64,000 nucleotides of DNA from NCBI GenBank assembly GCA_964506745.1, contig CAZDLZ010000004.1, forward strand, positions 20,541 through 84,540, written 5' to 3'. This DNA is from an uncultured Methanotrichaceae archaeon. Lineage in GTDB: Archaea; Halobacteriota; Methanosarcinia; Methanotrichales; Methanotrichaceae. Both the position numbers and the translations under genes were made by a program. The notes beneath the pieces are model-generated. The model searched no databases and was not told where the DNA came from. It was given only the letters and a program-made list of their open reading frames with translations. Shown here piece after piece: positions 28,688 through 37,898 of the stretch (its first letter is position 1; every line of letters starts with the position of its first letter).

Positions 28688-29770
28688 ATGAAGATCGCAT
28701 CGATAGTTGGCGCCCGGCCTAACTTCGTCAAATTGGCTCCGTTATCCAAGGAGCTAAGAAGACGGGGGCTTGATGAAGTAATAATTCACACCGGTCAGCA
28801 TTATAACTATGAGATGGACAAGATATTTTTCGATGACATGGGCATACCTGTCCCCGATTACCACATGGGCATAGGTTCGGGCAGCCATGGCTTCCAGACG
28901 GGAGAGATGCTGAGGAAGGTTGAGGAGGCCCTTCTCGCGGAAACGCCTGATGTGGTAATAGTATTCGGTGACACCAATTCCACTCTGGCAGGAAGCCTGG
29001 CGGCAGCAAAACTGCATATCAAGACGGCTCATGTAGAGGCAGGTCTCAGATCTTTCGACAAAAGCATGCCTGAGGAGATCAACCGGGTGCTTGTGGATCA
29101 TTGCTCCGATTTGCTGCTCTGTCCGACCACGACTGCCGTGTACAACTTAAGACGAGAGGGCATAATTGACGGCGTATATCTGACGGGAGATGTGATGGTG
29201 GATGCGCAAAAGGATTGCGAAAATATTGCCGAGAAAAAATCACATATCCTGGAAGACCTGGCCCTCAAGCCTAAAGACTATTACCTCGCCACTGTGCACA
29301 GGGCGTCGAATACGGATGACCCGGACAAGCTGAGAGAGATCACAGAGGCGCTCAAAGATCTGGAAAATGTGGTATTTCCCTGCCATCCCCGAACCGAGAA
29401 ATATCTGAGAGAGTCTGGCCTGTGGGATGATCTGGTCAGGAAGATCAGGGTGATCAAGCCGGTAGGTTATCTGGACATGCTCCTCTTGGAGAAGAACGCC
29501 AAAAAGATAATCACCGACTCGGGCGGCGTGCAGAAGGAAGCATATCTGCTGGGCACTGCCTGCATAACTCTGAGAGATGAAACGGAATGGGTGGAAACAG
29601 TAGAGGATGGGTGGAATGTTCTTGTGGGCCCGAACCAGGAGAAGATTGTTTCATTAGCCAGATGCTTTGTGCCCAGCCACAAGCGCCAGGATGTATTCGG
29701 AAAGGGAGATGCAAGCATCATGATAGTGGATTTAGTTGAAAAGCTGGCAGACCGTTCGCATAAATTGTGA
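28688..29770 (+). CDS. UDP-N-acetylglucosamine 2-epimerase family (WecB/WbpI-like)
   Basis: KIASIVGARPNFVKLAP and DSGGVQKEA motifs. GAGGAG lies 7 nt upstream of ATG 28688. Confidence 0.85.
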   Translation: MKIASIVGARPNFVKLAPLSKELRRRGLDEVIIHTGQHYNYEMDKIFFDDMGIPVPDYHMGIGSGSHGFQTGEMLRKVEEALLAETPDVVIVFGDTNSTLAGSLAAAKLHIKTAHVEAGLRSFDKSMPEEINRVLVDHCSDLLLCPTTTAVYNLRREGIIDGVYLTGDVMVDAQKDCENIAEKKSHILEDLALKPKDYYLATVHRASNTDDPDKLREITEALKDLENVVFPCHPRTEKYLRESGLWDDLVRKIRVIKPVGYLDMLLLEKNAKKIITDSGGVQKEAYLLGTACITLRDETEWVETVEDGWNVLVGPNQEKIVSLARCFVPSHKRQDVFGKGDASIMIVDLVEKLADRSHKL

Positions 29771-29794
29771 GCGGCTCGGCAAAAAACCGAGACG

Positions 29795-31600
29795 TCACTC
29801 CACCGTCACGCACTTGGCAAGGTTACGTGGCTTGTCTATGGGCAGGCCGAGCTTGTTTGCCGTATAATAGGAGAGAAGCTGCACGGCAACGGTGCAGAGC
29901 ACTGCAGAGTAGATGGGCTGCGTTTGCGGCAGCTCAATAACATGGTTGGCCACCTTAGCGATATCCGGATCGCCTTCTGTGGCGAGAGCAATCACTTCAG
30001 CGCCACGGGCACTGACCTCTTTGATGTTGGATTGAATCTTTTTTCCGCAGGTGGCCAGAGCAACAACGGGCGTCTTTTCCGTAATCAATGCCAGCGGCCC
30101 GTGTTTTAGTTCGCCTCCCGCGTAGCCCTCTGATGGGATGTAGGCGATCTCCTTCATCTTCAAAGCGCCTTCCAGGGAGATAGGATAGAGATAATCCCTG
30201 CCGATGAAAAAATAGCAGCTTGCGCCCGCATATTGCTCGGCGATCTTTCTGATCTCTTCTCTTTTCTCTAAAACCCTTTGCACCAGGCCGGGCAGTTTGG
30301 TCAGATCTATGAGCATCTTTCTGGCCCGATCGGGCGTCAGACGGCCCCTTGCTCTGCCCAAACGTATGGCCAGTAAAATGACTGCCACAAGTTGAGATGT
30401 GAAGGTCTTGGTGGCAGCCACGCCGATCTCCGGACCGCAGCGGGTGTAGATCGTGCCGTCCACAAGCTCTGTCACAGTCGAGCCTACGACATTGGTTATG
30501 GCCAGGCTCCTTCCGCCGCAGGTCTTGGCATTCTTCAGAGCCATAAGAGTATCTGCAGTCTCTCCGGACTGAGTGATGCCCACAAGGAGTGTCTTTGGTC
30601 GTATCTGAAGATTTAAGAACTCAGATGCCACCTCCACGTCTACCGGCAGGTTAGCAGCGCGGGCAAATAGGTTCTTGGCCAGCATTCCGGCATGGTAAGA
30701 TGTGCCGCAAGCGATGATGGTTACCCTTTCCAGGTCTTTGATCTCCTCATCACTCAGGCCCAGTTTGAGCCGCACATCCCCGTCTATCTCCGAGATGCGC
30801 CCCGCAATGGTCTCGCGGATGGCCCGTGGCTGCTCGTGAATCTCTTTGAGCATGAAATGATTATAGCCCCCCTTCTCAGCGGCATCGGCATCCCAGGTGA
30901 TGTGCTCGACCTGTGCCTGGCGGGGCTGACCGTCTCTATCCATTATCTCAACCCTGTCCGCAAAGACACGGGCGACTTCGCCGTCCTTCATGCGGACCAC
31001 TTCTTTGGTATAGGAAATAATTGCAGGAACATCGGATGCCACATAGATTGCAGCTTTGCCTATGCCCAGCACCAGAGGGCTGTCCCTTTTGGCGCAGACC
31101 AAATAGGGAGAACTGGCCGCGAGCACAGCCACGGCATAGGAGCCTTCTACATGCACCAGAGCCCTGCAAACGGCTTCATATAGATCTCTTTTAAAATAAA
31201 AGTGAATGAGGTGTGCCAGAACCTCACTATCTGTCTCGGATGTAAAACCATAACCTTTCTCCGTTAAAAGTTCTTTTAGATCCAGGTAGTTTTCAATAAT
31301 GCCGTTATGCACTATGGCAATCTCTCCGGAGATGTGGGGATGAGCATTCCGATCGCTCGGCCGCCCGTGCGTTGCCCAGCGAGTATGGCCTATGCCCATT
31401 CCCTCGCCCGGACATCCCCTGGATCGGTATACCTTTTCCAGATCTGCTATCCGCCCGGCAGACTTCAGAACCTCAATCGCTCCCTCTGATTTGATGGCCA
31501 CACCTGCAGAATCATAACCTCGATATTCTAGCCTTTTCAGAGTGTCAAATAGAATCGGACCTGCCAACTGGTCGCCGACATAAGCCACGATTCCGCACAT
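29795..31600 (-). CDS. glmS: glutamine--fructose-6-phosphate aminotransferase
   Basis: MCGIV N-terminal nucleophile, ~600 aa, C-terminal NLAKCVTVE. Confidence 0.95.
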   Translation of the reverse strand: MCGIVAYVGDQLAGPILFDTLKRLEYRGYDSAGVAIKSEGAIEVLKSAGRIADLEKVYRSRGCPGEGMGIGHTRWATHGRPSDRNAHPHISGEIAIVHNGIIENYLDLKELLTEKGYGFTSETDSEVLAHLIHFYFKRDLYEAVCRALVHVEGSYAVAVLAASSPYLVCAKRDSPLVLGIGKAAIYVASDVPAIISYTKEVVRMKDGEVARVFADRVEIMDRDGQPRQAQVEHITWDADAAEKGGYNHFMLKEIHEQPRAIRETIAGRISEIDGDVRLKLGLSDEEIKDLERVTIIACGTSYHAGMLAKNLFARAANLPVDVEVASEFLNLQIRPKTLLVGITQSGETADTLMALKNAKTCGGRSLAITNVVGSTVTELVDGTIYTRCGPEIGVAATKTFTSQLVAVILLAIRLGRARGRLTPDRARKMLIDLTKLPGLVQRVLEKREEIRKIAEQYAGASCYFFIGRDYLYPISLEGALKMKEIAYIPSEGYAGGELKHGPLALITEKTPVVALATCGKKIQSNIKEVSARGAEVIALATEGDPDIAKVANHVIELPQTQPIYSAVLCTVAVQLLSYYTANKLGLPIDKPRNLAKCVTVE

Positions 31601-32877
31601 CAGCCGATCACCCTGCTATCTCTCTCAATACTGCCGCGAATTGATGCCCCCGAGCCGATGCGTGCCGCCGTGCCCAAAACCGTTCCCGGGCTGGCTAAAA
31701 CTCTGCTTCCAGTGGTCACATCATCGGCAAATATCGCTCCGAAATCGGCCCTCAAAAAAGCCTCTTCCACCTCTACCACACATGTGCCCGTCTCGATGAC
31801 CAGCAGGTCTCCTAATGTGCAGCTTGCACCAATAACGGAGTCGGAAATAATAGTCCCTGAGCCTATCCGAACGTCATTCATGATTATGCAGTTTCTTACC
31901 TCGGAATGTGGGCCAATCCTCGTTGAATCACCTATGGAGGTGGAAGGCAGGATTGTGGCACCCGGACCGATATCGCAGTCCTCGCCGATACAGGCCGGGC
32001 CTACCACATAAGATCCCGAGCGGATAATGCTGCCCTCACCCACATCCACCGGGCCTTTGATTATTGCGCCCTCTTCTACTTCGCCGGAAATTATTGTATC
32101 TTTCATGCCCAGAGCCAGGCTATTGGCATTGAGAAGATCCCAGGCAAATATGGCGTCTGACCATATGCCTTTGCCTATATGGGGTACGATCTCTTTTCCA
32201 TCTGCGATCATCAGAGATATGGTCTCTGTCAGCTCGTAAGATCCTCTCTCCGATATAGGAGTACGGCGGAGATCCTCAAAGATGGATGGACTGAATTTGT
32301 AGGCTCCCGTATTGAGAATTCCTGAACATGGCCTTCCTGGCTTCTCAATTATTGCTTTTACCCTCTCCTGTTCCACCATTAAGACCCCATAGTCGCCTGA
32401 ATGCCGGCGAAGAGCAGCCAAGATCACGTTTTCTCCTTTAGTCGAGATCAGTTCTTTGACCGATCTTGCATCAATGAGGTTGTCTCCGTTGACCACGAGA
32501 AATTCCTCATTCACGTAGGCCTCAGCTTTGCGCAGAGCGTGTGCCGTCCCTAATAGCTCATTTTGCTCGATATAAGTGATCTTTACGCCAAAATCAAGAC
32601 CATCCTCGAAATAGTCCATGACCCTTTCTTTCTGATAGCCAACTACTATGTAGAGGTCTCGAATGCCGTTTGCAGCCAGGGCCGAAATAACATGCTCCAT
32701 GAAAGGGCGGTTTCCCACTGGAAGCATGACCTTGGATCTGGTCTGAGTAAGTGGCCTGCATCTGCGGCCTTCTCCTGCCGCCAATATGACTCCTTTCAAA
32801 TCTATCACAGCCTGGGTATCTCGAACAGATACATGGAGAGCGGCTTGCTTTAGATCTTTTCGGTCAGCAATTCGCAA
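31600..32877 (-). CDS. second GlmU-like sugar-1-phosphate nucleotidylyltransferase / hexapeptide transferase
   Basis: LAAGEGRRCRPLT plus a C-terminal beta-helix. The stop overlaps the glmS ATG by 1 nt. The true start may be an internal GTG/TTG near 32800. Confidence 0.75.
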   Translation of the reverse strand: MRIADRKDLKQAALHVSVRDTQAVIDLKGVILAAGEGRRCRPLTQTRSKVMLPVGNRPFMEHVISALAANGIRDLYIVVGYQKERVMDYFEDGLDFGVKITYIEQNELLGTAHALRKAEAYVNEEFLVVNGDNLIDARSVKELISTKGENVILAALRRHSGDYGVLMVEQERVKAIIEKPGRPCSGILNTGAYKFSPSIFEDLRRTPISERGSYELTETISLMIADGKEIVPHIGKGIWSDAIFAWDLLNANSLALGMKDTIISGEVEEGAIIKGPVDVGEGSIIRSGSYVVGPACIGEDCDIGPGATILPSTSIGDSTRIGPHSEVRNCIIMNDVRIGSGTIISDSVIGASCTLGDLLVIETGTCVVEVEEAFLRADFGAIFADDVTTGSRVLASPGTVLGTAARIGSGASIRGSIERDSRVIG

Positions 32878-32959
32878 AAAGTATTAATTGATCCTAATGA
32901 AAATGCCCAGCTTTTTATAGGAGCAGTTATTAAAACAGCAATCGAGAAGAACGATAATA

Positions 32960-34090
32960 ATGAAGATACTGGTAATACCAACTACGGATTGGATCAGGCA
33001 TCCAGTCCCCAATCGTCTCAATTTCATCTTTGATTCTTTGGCAGAGGAGCACGATGTGTATGTGCTGCATTTCGGCCTTAAGAGGTTCTCCAAACTGACG
33101 GCAAGGGAGACTAAATGCCATCTGGTGGAAGCGAGCTGGATTAAGGTCGATGACCCATCTCTCTATTACCTCTTGAACTTTCCATATCACTTATGGAAGA
33201 TCCGAAGCATTGTGAAGAAGCTGGACATAGACGTCATCCTCTCCACCAATATTTTGCCATCCTTTGCCGCAAACTTCGCGCACTCGCCAGTCGTATTCGA
33301 CTATCTGGATCATCTGGAGGAATCTGCTTCGATTTACTATCCCGGATCAGCCCTGGGTGAGGTCGTCAAACAGGTGGTGGGCCTCATCACCAGATACAAT
33401 CTCCGCCATGCTCGTTGTGTCATAACTGTTACCAGAGAGCTTTCCGGATTCTTGCGTGAGCTGGGCGTAAAAGACATAACTGTGATTCCCAACGGTGTGG
33501 ATACGCAGGTTCTCCGGCCGCTTTCCATGCAGGTGGCCAAGAATTCCCTCGGCCTGAATGGTGTGGTTCTGGGTTATGTAGGATCGCTCGAGCACTGGGT
33601 GGATCTGGAGACTGTGGTATCTGCCTTGCCGCGCATGGATGCCACTTTGCTCGTAGTGGGGCCGGGGCTTTTTACCGATTATGGGGATAGGATAAAAGAG
33701 ATGGCTGAGGTGCAGGGGGTGGCGGACAGGGTGATATTCATGGGTGCGGTAAAGTACTCCGACCTATCCGAATATATATCAGCCATGGACATTGGTCTCA
33801 ATCCACTCAAGATGATGAAGAAGAACGAACTCACGGTGGGCGGAAAGGTCTTCAACTACCTGGCCTGCGGCCGTCCGGTTCTTTCCAGCCGCATGATTGC
33901 GCTGGAGGGGCTGCTTGGGGATGAAATAGACTATTATGATGACACAGAGAGTTTTATCAGGCAGGCAAAGGAGATCCTCCATATGAAGAATAATATCGGC
34001 AGATATAGGGCTCTGGCAGAGAGGTTCGACTGGAGGAAGATGGCATCGCTTTACGGAGAGGTGCTTGAAATAGCAGCAAGAGGGAAGTGA
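32960..34090 (+). CDS. GT-B (GT4-like) glycosyltransferase
   Basis: C-terminal GT4-like region (GYVGSLEHW, GGKVFNYLACGRPVL). Confidence 0.75.
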   Translation: MKILVIPTTDWIRHPVPNRLNFIFDSLAEEHDVYVLHFGLKRFSKLTARETKCHLVEASWIKVDDPSLYYLLNFPYHLWKIRSIVKKLDIDVILSTNILPSFAANFAHSPVVFDYLDHLEESASIYYPGSALGEVVKQVVGLITRYNLRHARCVITVTRELSGFLRELGVKDITVIPNGVDTQVLRPLSMQVAKNSLGLNGVVLGYVGSLEHWVDLETVVSALPRMDATLLVVGPGLFTDYGDRIKEMAEVQGVADRVIFMGAVKYSDLSEYISAMDIGLNPLKMMKKNELTVGGKVFNYLACGRPVLSSRMIALEGLLGDEIDYYDDTESFIRQAKEILHMKNNIGRYRALAERFDWRKMASLYGEVLEIAARGK

Positions 34091-34100
34091 AGAGCGGCAA

Positions 34101-34121
34101 GAGGAAGGGACTTTCTTCCTC
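34101..34121. terminator. 7-bp perfect hairpin between convergent glycosyltransferase genes
   Basis: GAGGAAG (34101-34107), loop GGACTTT, CTTCCTC (34115-34121). Confidence 0.3.
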
Positions 34122-34149
34122 AAAGCTTTCGAATCCCTCTTTCAGGACA

Positions 34150-35475
34150 TCAAGTCCTTATCCGCTCAACTTCATCCATCAGCTTTTCGTAGAGCAGATT
34201 GATTCCATTGTTCCTATCGAACCTATCTAGGAAGTAAAGGTAGTTTGCCTCTAGGTTTTCTCTGTAAGCATGGGATTCCAGTAGTTCTCTTAAGGAGAAT
34301 TCCATCTTTTCAAGCTCATCCCATCCCAGAGGGATACCCACGCCTTTGGCCTTAAGCAGCTCTGAGATCGCAGATCCTCTGTCGGATACAGCAAGGATAG
34401 GCAACTTGCATCCAATATATTCATAAATCTTGGTAGAGATGGCGTGATTGGACTGAACATCCCCCTTTTGAAGCGTGTAGAAAGCCGCATCCGAGGCCAT
34501 GAGCATTTCTATGGCGTCTCTATGCTTCATCCTCCCAAGAAGGTAAACAGAGTCTTCCAGACCATTCTCCTTGGACATCCTCTCCAGGACTTCCATACGA
34601 GACCCGTCGCCGACCACCACATAGCTTATCTTGAAGCCCCGCTCCTTCAGTCGCCTTATGGGCTCCAGGATGATCTCAGGCATATAATAAGGCCAATTGA
34701 GGTCACCGACGTAAGCGATCACCTTGGAATCCCGATCCTTTATGCCGTTCTTCGTCAGCACGGCATCCCTGTTGAAGCCCTCAGCTACATTGGCGATCTC
34801 CTCCACATCGATGCCATTTGGCATGAGAATTGCATTGGGATTGATCTTTTGAATCTCTTTTAGCAGTGTATCATTGACTGCGCTGACCAAAAAGGCATCT
34901 TTGACTGCCCTGAAGAGCAACGAGGACATGAGGCGATTGGAGGCCTTGAGAGGATACTTCAAGTAGAACATCCCTTTGTCCGCCACATTATCTATGTAGC
35001 TGGTGAGGTCGTCTCTATAGTCAATGATATATGGAAGGCCCTTTCCTAAGATTCTGTATGCCAGATAGAAGGCCGTAACGGGAACAAATGGAGGGGTGGT
35101 GGCCATGACGATATCCGGCTTGAACTCCTTCATCTCTTTCGCTGCAATGAGTGCCCACCAACCCAAAAGAACCGGATTGAGGCTGTGAGGCACCAAAAGG
35201 CTGCCGGGAACAGGGCCTCTGCTGTACCTTCTGACTTCAATTCTCTCTGAAGATCCATCCCTCTGGCAAAACTTTGCGTCTTCGAGCTCCAAGACGACTA
35301 TTCTTATAGATATGTCAGAGTTTTTCTGACAAAGCCTTTTTGCAATGTTGAATAGCCTGACGCTCAGAGCGCTGTAGTACGGAAGATAGTGCTTGGCAAA
35401 GATTAGTAGTCTCACGGGGCCTTCTTCCTCCCGAATCTCAAGCATCTGCTCATTCGAAGCCCTCCGATAATCCAT
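34150..35475 (-). CDS. GT-B (GT4-like) glycosyltransferase
   Basis: 441 aa with a typical GT-B C-terminal domain (AYVGDLNW, STKIYEYIGCKLPILA). Confidence 0.75.
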   Translation of the reverse strand: MDYRRASNEQMLEIREEEGPVRLLIFAKHYLPYYSALSVRLFNIAKRLCQKNSDISIRIVVLELEDAKFCQRDGSSERIEVRRYSRGPVPGSLLVPHSLNPVLLGWWALIAAKEMKEFKPDIVMATTPPFVPVTAFYLAYRILGKGLPYIIDYRDDLTSYIDNVADKGMFYLKYPLKASNRLMSSLLFRAVKDAFLVSAVNDTLLKEIQKINPNAILMPNGIDVEEIANVAEGFNRDAVLTKNGIKDRDSKVIAYVGDLNWPYYMPEIILEPIRRLKERGFKISYVVVGDGSRMEVLERMSKENGLEDSVYLLGRMKHRDAIEMLMASDAAFYTLQKGDVQSNHAISTKIYEYIGCKLPILAVSDRGSAISELLKAKGVGIPLGWDELEKMEFSLRELLESHAYRENLEANYLYFLDRFDRNNGINLLYEKLMDEVERIRT

Positions 35476-35733
35476 GACTGCATAAGGCGTTTCCAGCTGC
35501 GGTGCAATTTAATGCTATCGGTGGCGTTGTTCCTCTCAAGCGACCTCTTTAAATCGCACATTGTGCCCCCGAATCCGAAGAGTTTATCGAGTGGTATAAC
35601 AATAGACCCCCTGGAAGCTTGGAGATGCCACGACTCCGTCGATGGCAGCCGCGATGAAATCGTAGCTTCGAAAGGTTTGAAACCCCGGAAAAGGCATTTC
35701 TAAGGAATATGCCACAGGAAGCGTATTATCTGA

Positions 35734-35916
35734 TTGGTAAGAAATTTTTTGGTTTGTGATGAGTGTATGAATAATTCAAACTGCATAAAATTTGGCGGGG
35801 TGCGAAATAATTTCAGGACTACACAGCATATCATTGGGAAGCATAATGTATATGTGCTGCACTTAGGTCTGAAGAGGTTCCGCCATATTGAGCCAGGAGA
35901 GACGAAATGCCAGTGA
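35734..35916 (+). pseudogene. relic 5' fragment of a paralogue of the glycosyltransferase gene at 32960
   Basis: 35839-35880 matches 33046-33087 at 34 of 42 nt by hand alignment. HNVYVLHLGLKRFRHIEPGETKCQ parallels HDVYVLHFGLKRFSKLTARETKCH. The frame stops at 35916 with no continuation. Confidence 0.6.
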
Positions 35917-35984
35917 TCGGAGATGATCTGTACATAGATCGAGGGACGCTAATTCGAGCACCTGATAGGCGGGGGAAGTCTTAG

Positions 35985-37862
35985 ATGTGCGCGATCAATG
36001 GCTTCACCTGGAAAGATGATATGCTAATTGAGAGAATGAACCAGTCCCTTAGCCATCGCGGGCCGGATGATCAGGGAACTTATGCTGATGAAAATGCAAC
36101 TCTTGGCCATCGGAGGCTATCAATCATAGACCTCTCGCCTGCCGGAAGACAGCCCATGTCCAATGAGGACAGCAGCGTCTGGATTGTCTTTAATGGCGAG
36201 ATATATAACTTCCAGGAGATAAGGGCGAATTTGGAAAAAAAGGATCACAAATTCTCATCGAATACGGACACTGAAGTCATTATTCATGCTTATGAAGAAT
36301 GGGGATCTTCTTGTGTGGAAAGGTTCAATGGCATGTGGGCCTTTGCTATTTATGATAAAAATAATGGAACTATATTCTTATCACGCGATCGGTTTGGCGT
36401 AAAGCCCCTCTATTTCTGCCAAGATGAAAAAGGCCTCATCTTCTCCTCAGAGATCAAGGGTATCCTGCAGCACTCCGTCAAACGGGTGCCGAGAGACAAA
36501 GCAGTCTATGATTTTTTGGTTTCGGGTGTTGTGGATCATTCCCCCTATACATTCTTCATGAGCGTCAAAAGGCTCATGCCAGGAGAGAACATGATCTACG
36601 ACCTCTCCAGAGGCACGATGAATAGATTCAGATGGTATGACCTGGCCAGCAGGCTAGCGGTTGCAGGAGAGATCACAGAAGAGATAACCGAAGAGGAGGC
36701 GGCAAAGAAGATAAGAGTGCTCTTTGAGGACAGCGTGCGTTGCCGCCTCATCTCCGATGTGCCTGTGGGCTCCTGCCTGAGTGGCGGCATCGACTCCTCT
36801 TCCATCGTCTATGCCATGAGAAAAATGAACGAGATGGGCGAGATCAAGGCCTTCTCCCTGGTTTTTCCCGGAAAAAAACAAGACGAATCCACCTATATAG
36901 AGGAGGTAGTAGCCGCCACAAAAGTCGAGGCGCACAAGGTAAGCCCGAGCACAGAGGATCTTCTCAGGGATCTCTACGATTTGATATGGACGCAAGAGGA
37001 GCCATTTGCATCCCTGAGCATCTACGGGCAATATAAGGTAATGGAGCTGGCCAAGAAAAATGGCATGAAGGTGCTGCTGGATGGTCAGGGCAGCGATGAG
37101 ATCTTTGCGGGTTATATTACATATTTTAGATATTACTTCTTTGAGTCCCTGTTCCACATCTGGCTGGCAGAGTCTAAAGAGACCGCAAAGAGGATAGAAA
37201 ATAAGCTTGAAGATCTGCTAGTCATTCCGGCCATGACCATACTCAGCACACTAGGGCTTGATCAGGGCATCCTTCGGAACCTGTGGCTTTCTCGCTTTAA
37301 ATACCTGAAAGGATTTGATAAAATTGTGATCGCCAACCCCCTGAAAGATAGAGGCTTTGATTTGAATCAGGCATTATATAGCGATCTTACTCTATTTAGC
37401 ATACCGCAGCTTCTTCGGTACGAGGACAAGAACTCTATGCGCTGGTCGATAGAGTCCAGAGTGCCTTTTCTCGATTACCGGCTGGTGGAACTGGCCATGT
37501 TGCTTCCCTCCTGCTACAAGATTCGAAAGGGAGTAACCAAATACATCCTGAGAAAAGCGATGAATGGACTTGTCTCCGATAGGATATTGAATCGAAGGGA
37601 TAAGATCGGCTTTGCCACTCCAGACGAGTCTTGGATGAAGGCTTCAGACTTTTCTCTGTTTATGGAAAGGCTGATCAATTCAGAGGAGTTTAAGACCAGG
37701 AAGTACTGGAAGCCCGAAGAGGTTGAAAGGTTGCTCTTGGAACATACAAGTGGCAAGAAAAATCATGAGAAGGCGCTCTGGAGAATCATGAGCGTCGAGC
37801 TATGGCTCAGAATTTTCATGGATGCAAATTCATCAAAAGATGGCCTTCAAAGGATGGGGTGA
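35985..37862 (+). CDS. asparagine synthase (glutamine-hydrolysing) family amidotransferase
   Basis: MCAING N-terminal nucleophile, SGGIDSS PP-loop, 625 aa. Confidence 0.85.
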   Translation: MCAINGFTWKDDMLIERMNQSLSHRGPDDQGTYADENATLGHRRLSIIDLSPAGRQPMSNEDSSVWIVFNGEIYNFQEIRANLEKKDHKFSSNTDTEVIIHAYEEWGSSCVERFNGMWAFAIYDKNNGTIFLSRDRFGVKPLYFCQDEKGLIFSSEIKGILQHSVKRVPRDKAVYDFLVSGVVDHSPYTFFMSVKRLMPGENMIYDLSRGTMNRFRWYDLASRLAVAGEITEEITEEEAAKKIRVLFEDSVRCRLISDVPVGSCLSGGIDSSSIVYAMRKMNEMGEIKAFSLVFPGKKQDESTYIEEVVAATKVEAHKVSPSTEDLLRDLYDLIWTQEEPFASLSIYGQYKVMELAKKNGMKVLLDGQGSDEIFAGYITYFRYYFFESLFHIWLAESKETAKRIENKLEDLLVIPAMTILSTLGLDQGILRNLWLSRFKYLKGFDKIVIANPLKDRGFDLNQALYSDLTLFSIPQLLRYEDKNSMRWSIESRVPFLDYRLVELAMLLPSCYKIRKGVTKYILRKAMNGLVSDRILNRRDKIGFATPDESWMKASDFSLFMERLINSEEFKTRKYWKPEEVERLLLEHTSGKKNHEKALWRIMSVELWLRIFMDANSSKDGLQRMG

Positions 37863-37898
37863 TGCGCTACGCAAGAGCTCAGGGACTGCAACCTTCTG

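Noticed and set aside
33059-33069. The 11-mer TATGTGCTGCA is shared between the pseB-upstream tandem repeat (minus strand), the GT gene at 32960 and its relic at 35851-35861
   Set aside because: In the GT genes it simply encodes V-Y-V-L-H. I cannot compute significance and see no extended similarity around it, so it is treated as coincidence.
35512-35703. 63-aa plus-strand ORF and a 38-codon minus-strand ORF (MPFPGFQTFRSYDF...) in the 35476-35733 gap
   Set aside because: No RBS, no family resemblance and no similarity to neighbouring genes that I could see. They may be further gene debris, but the evidence is insufficient.
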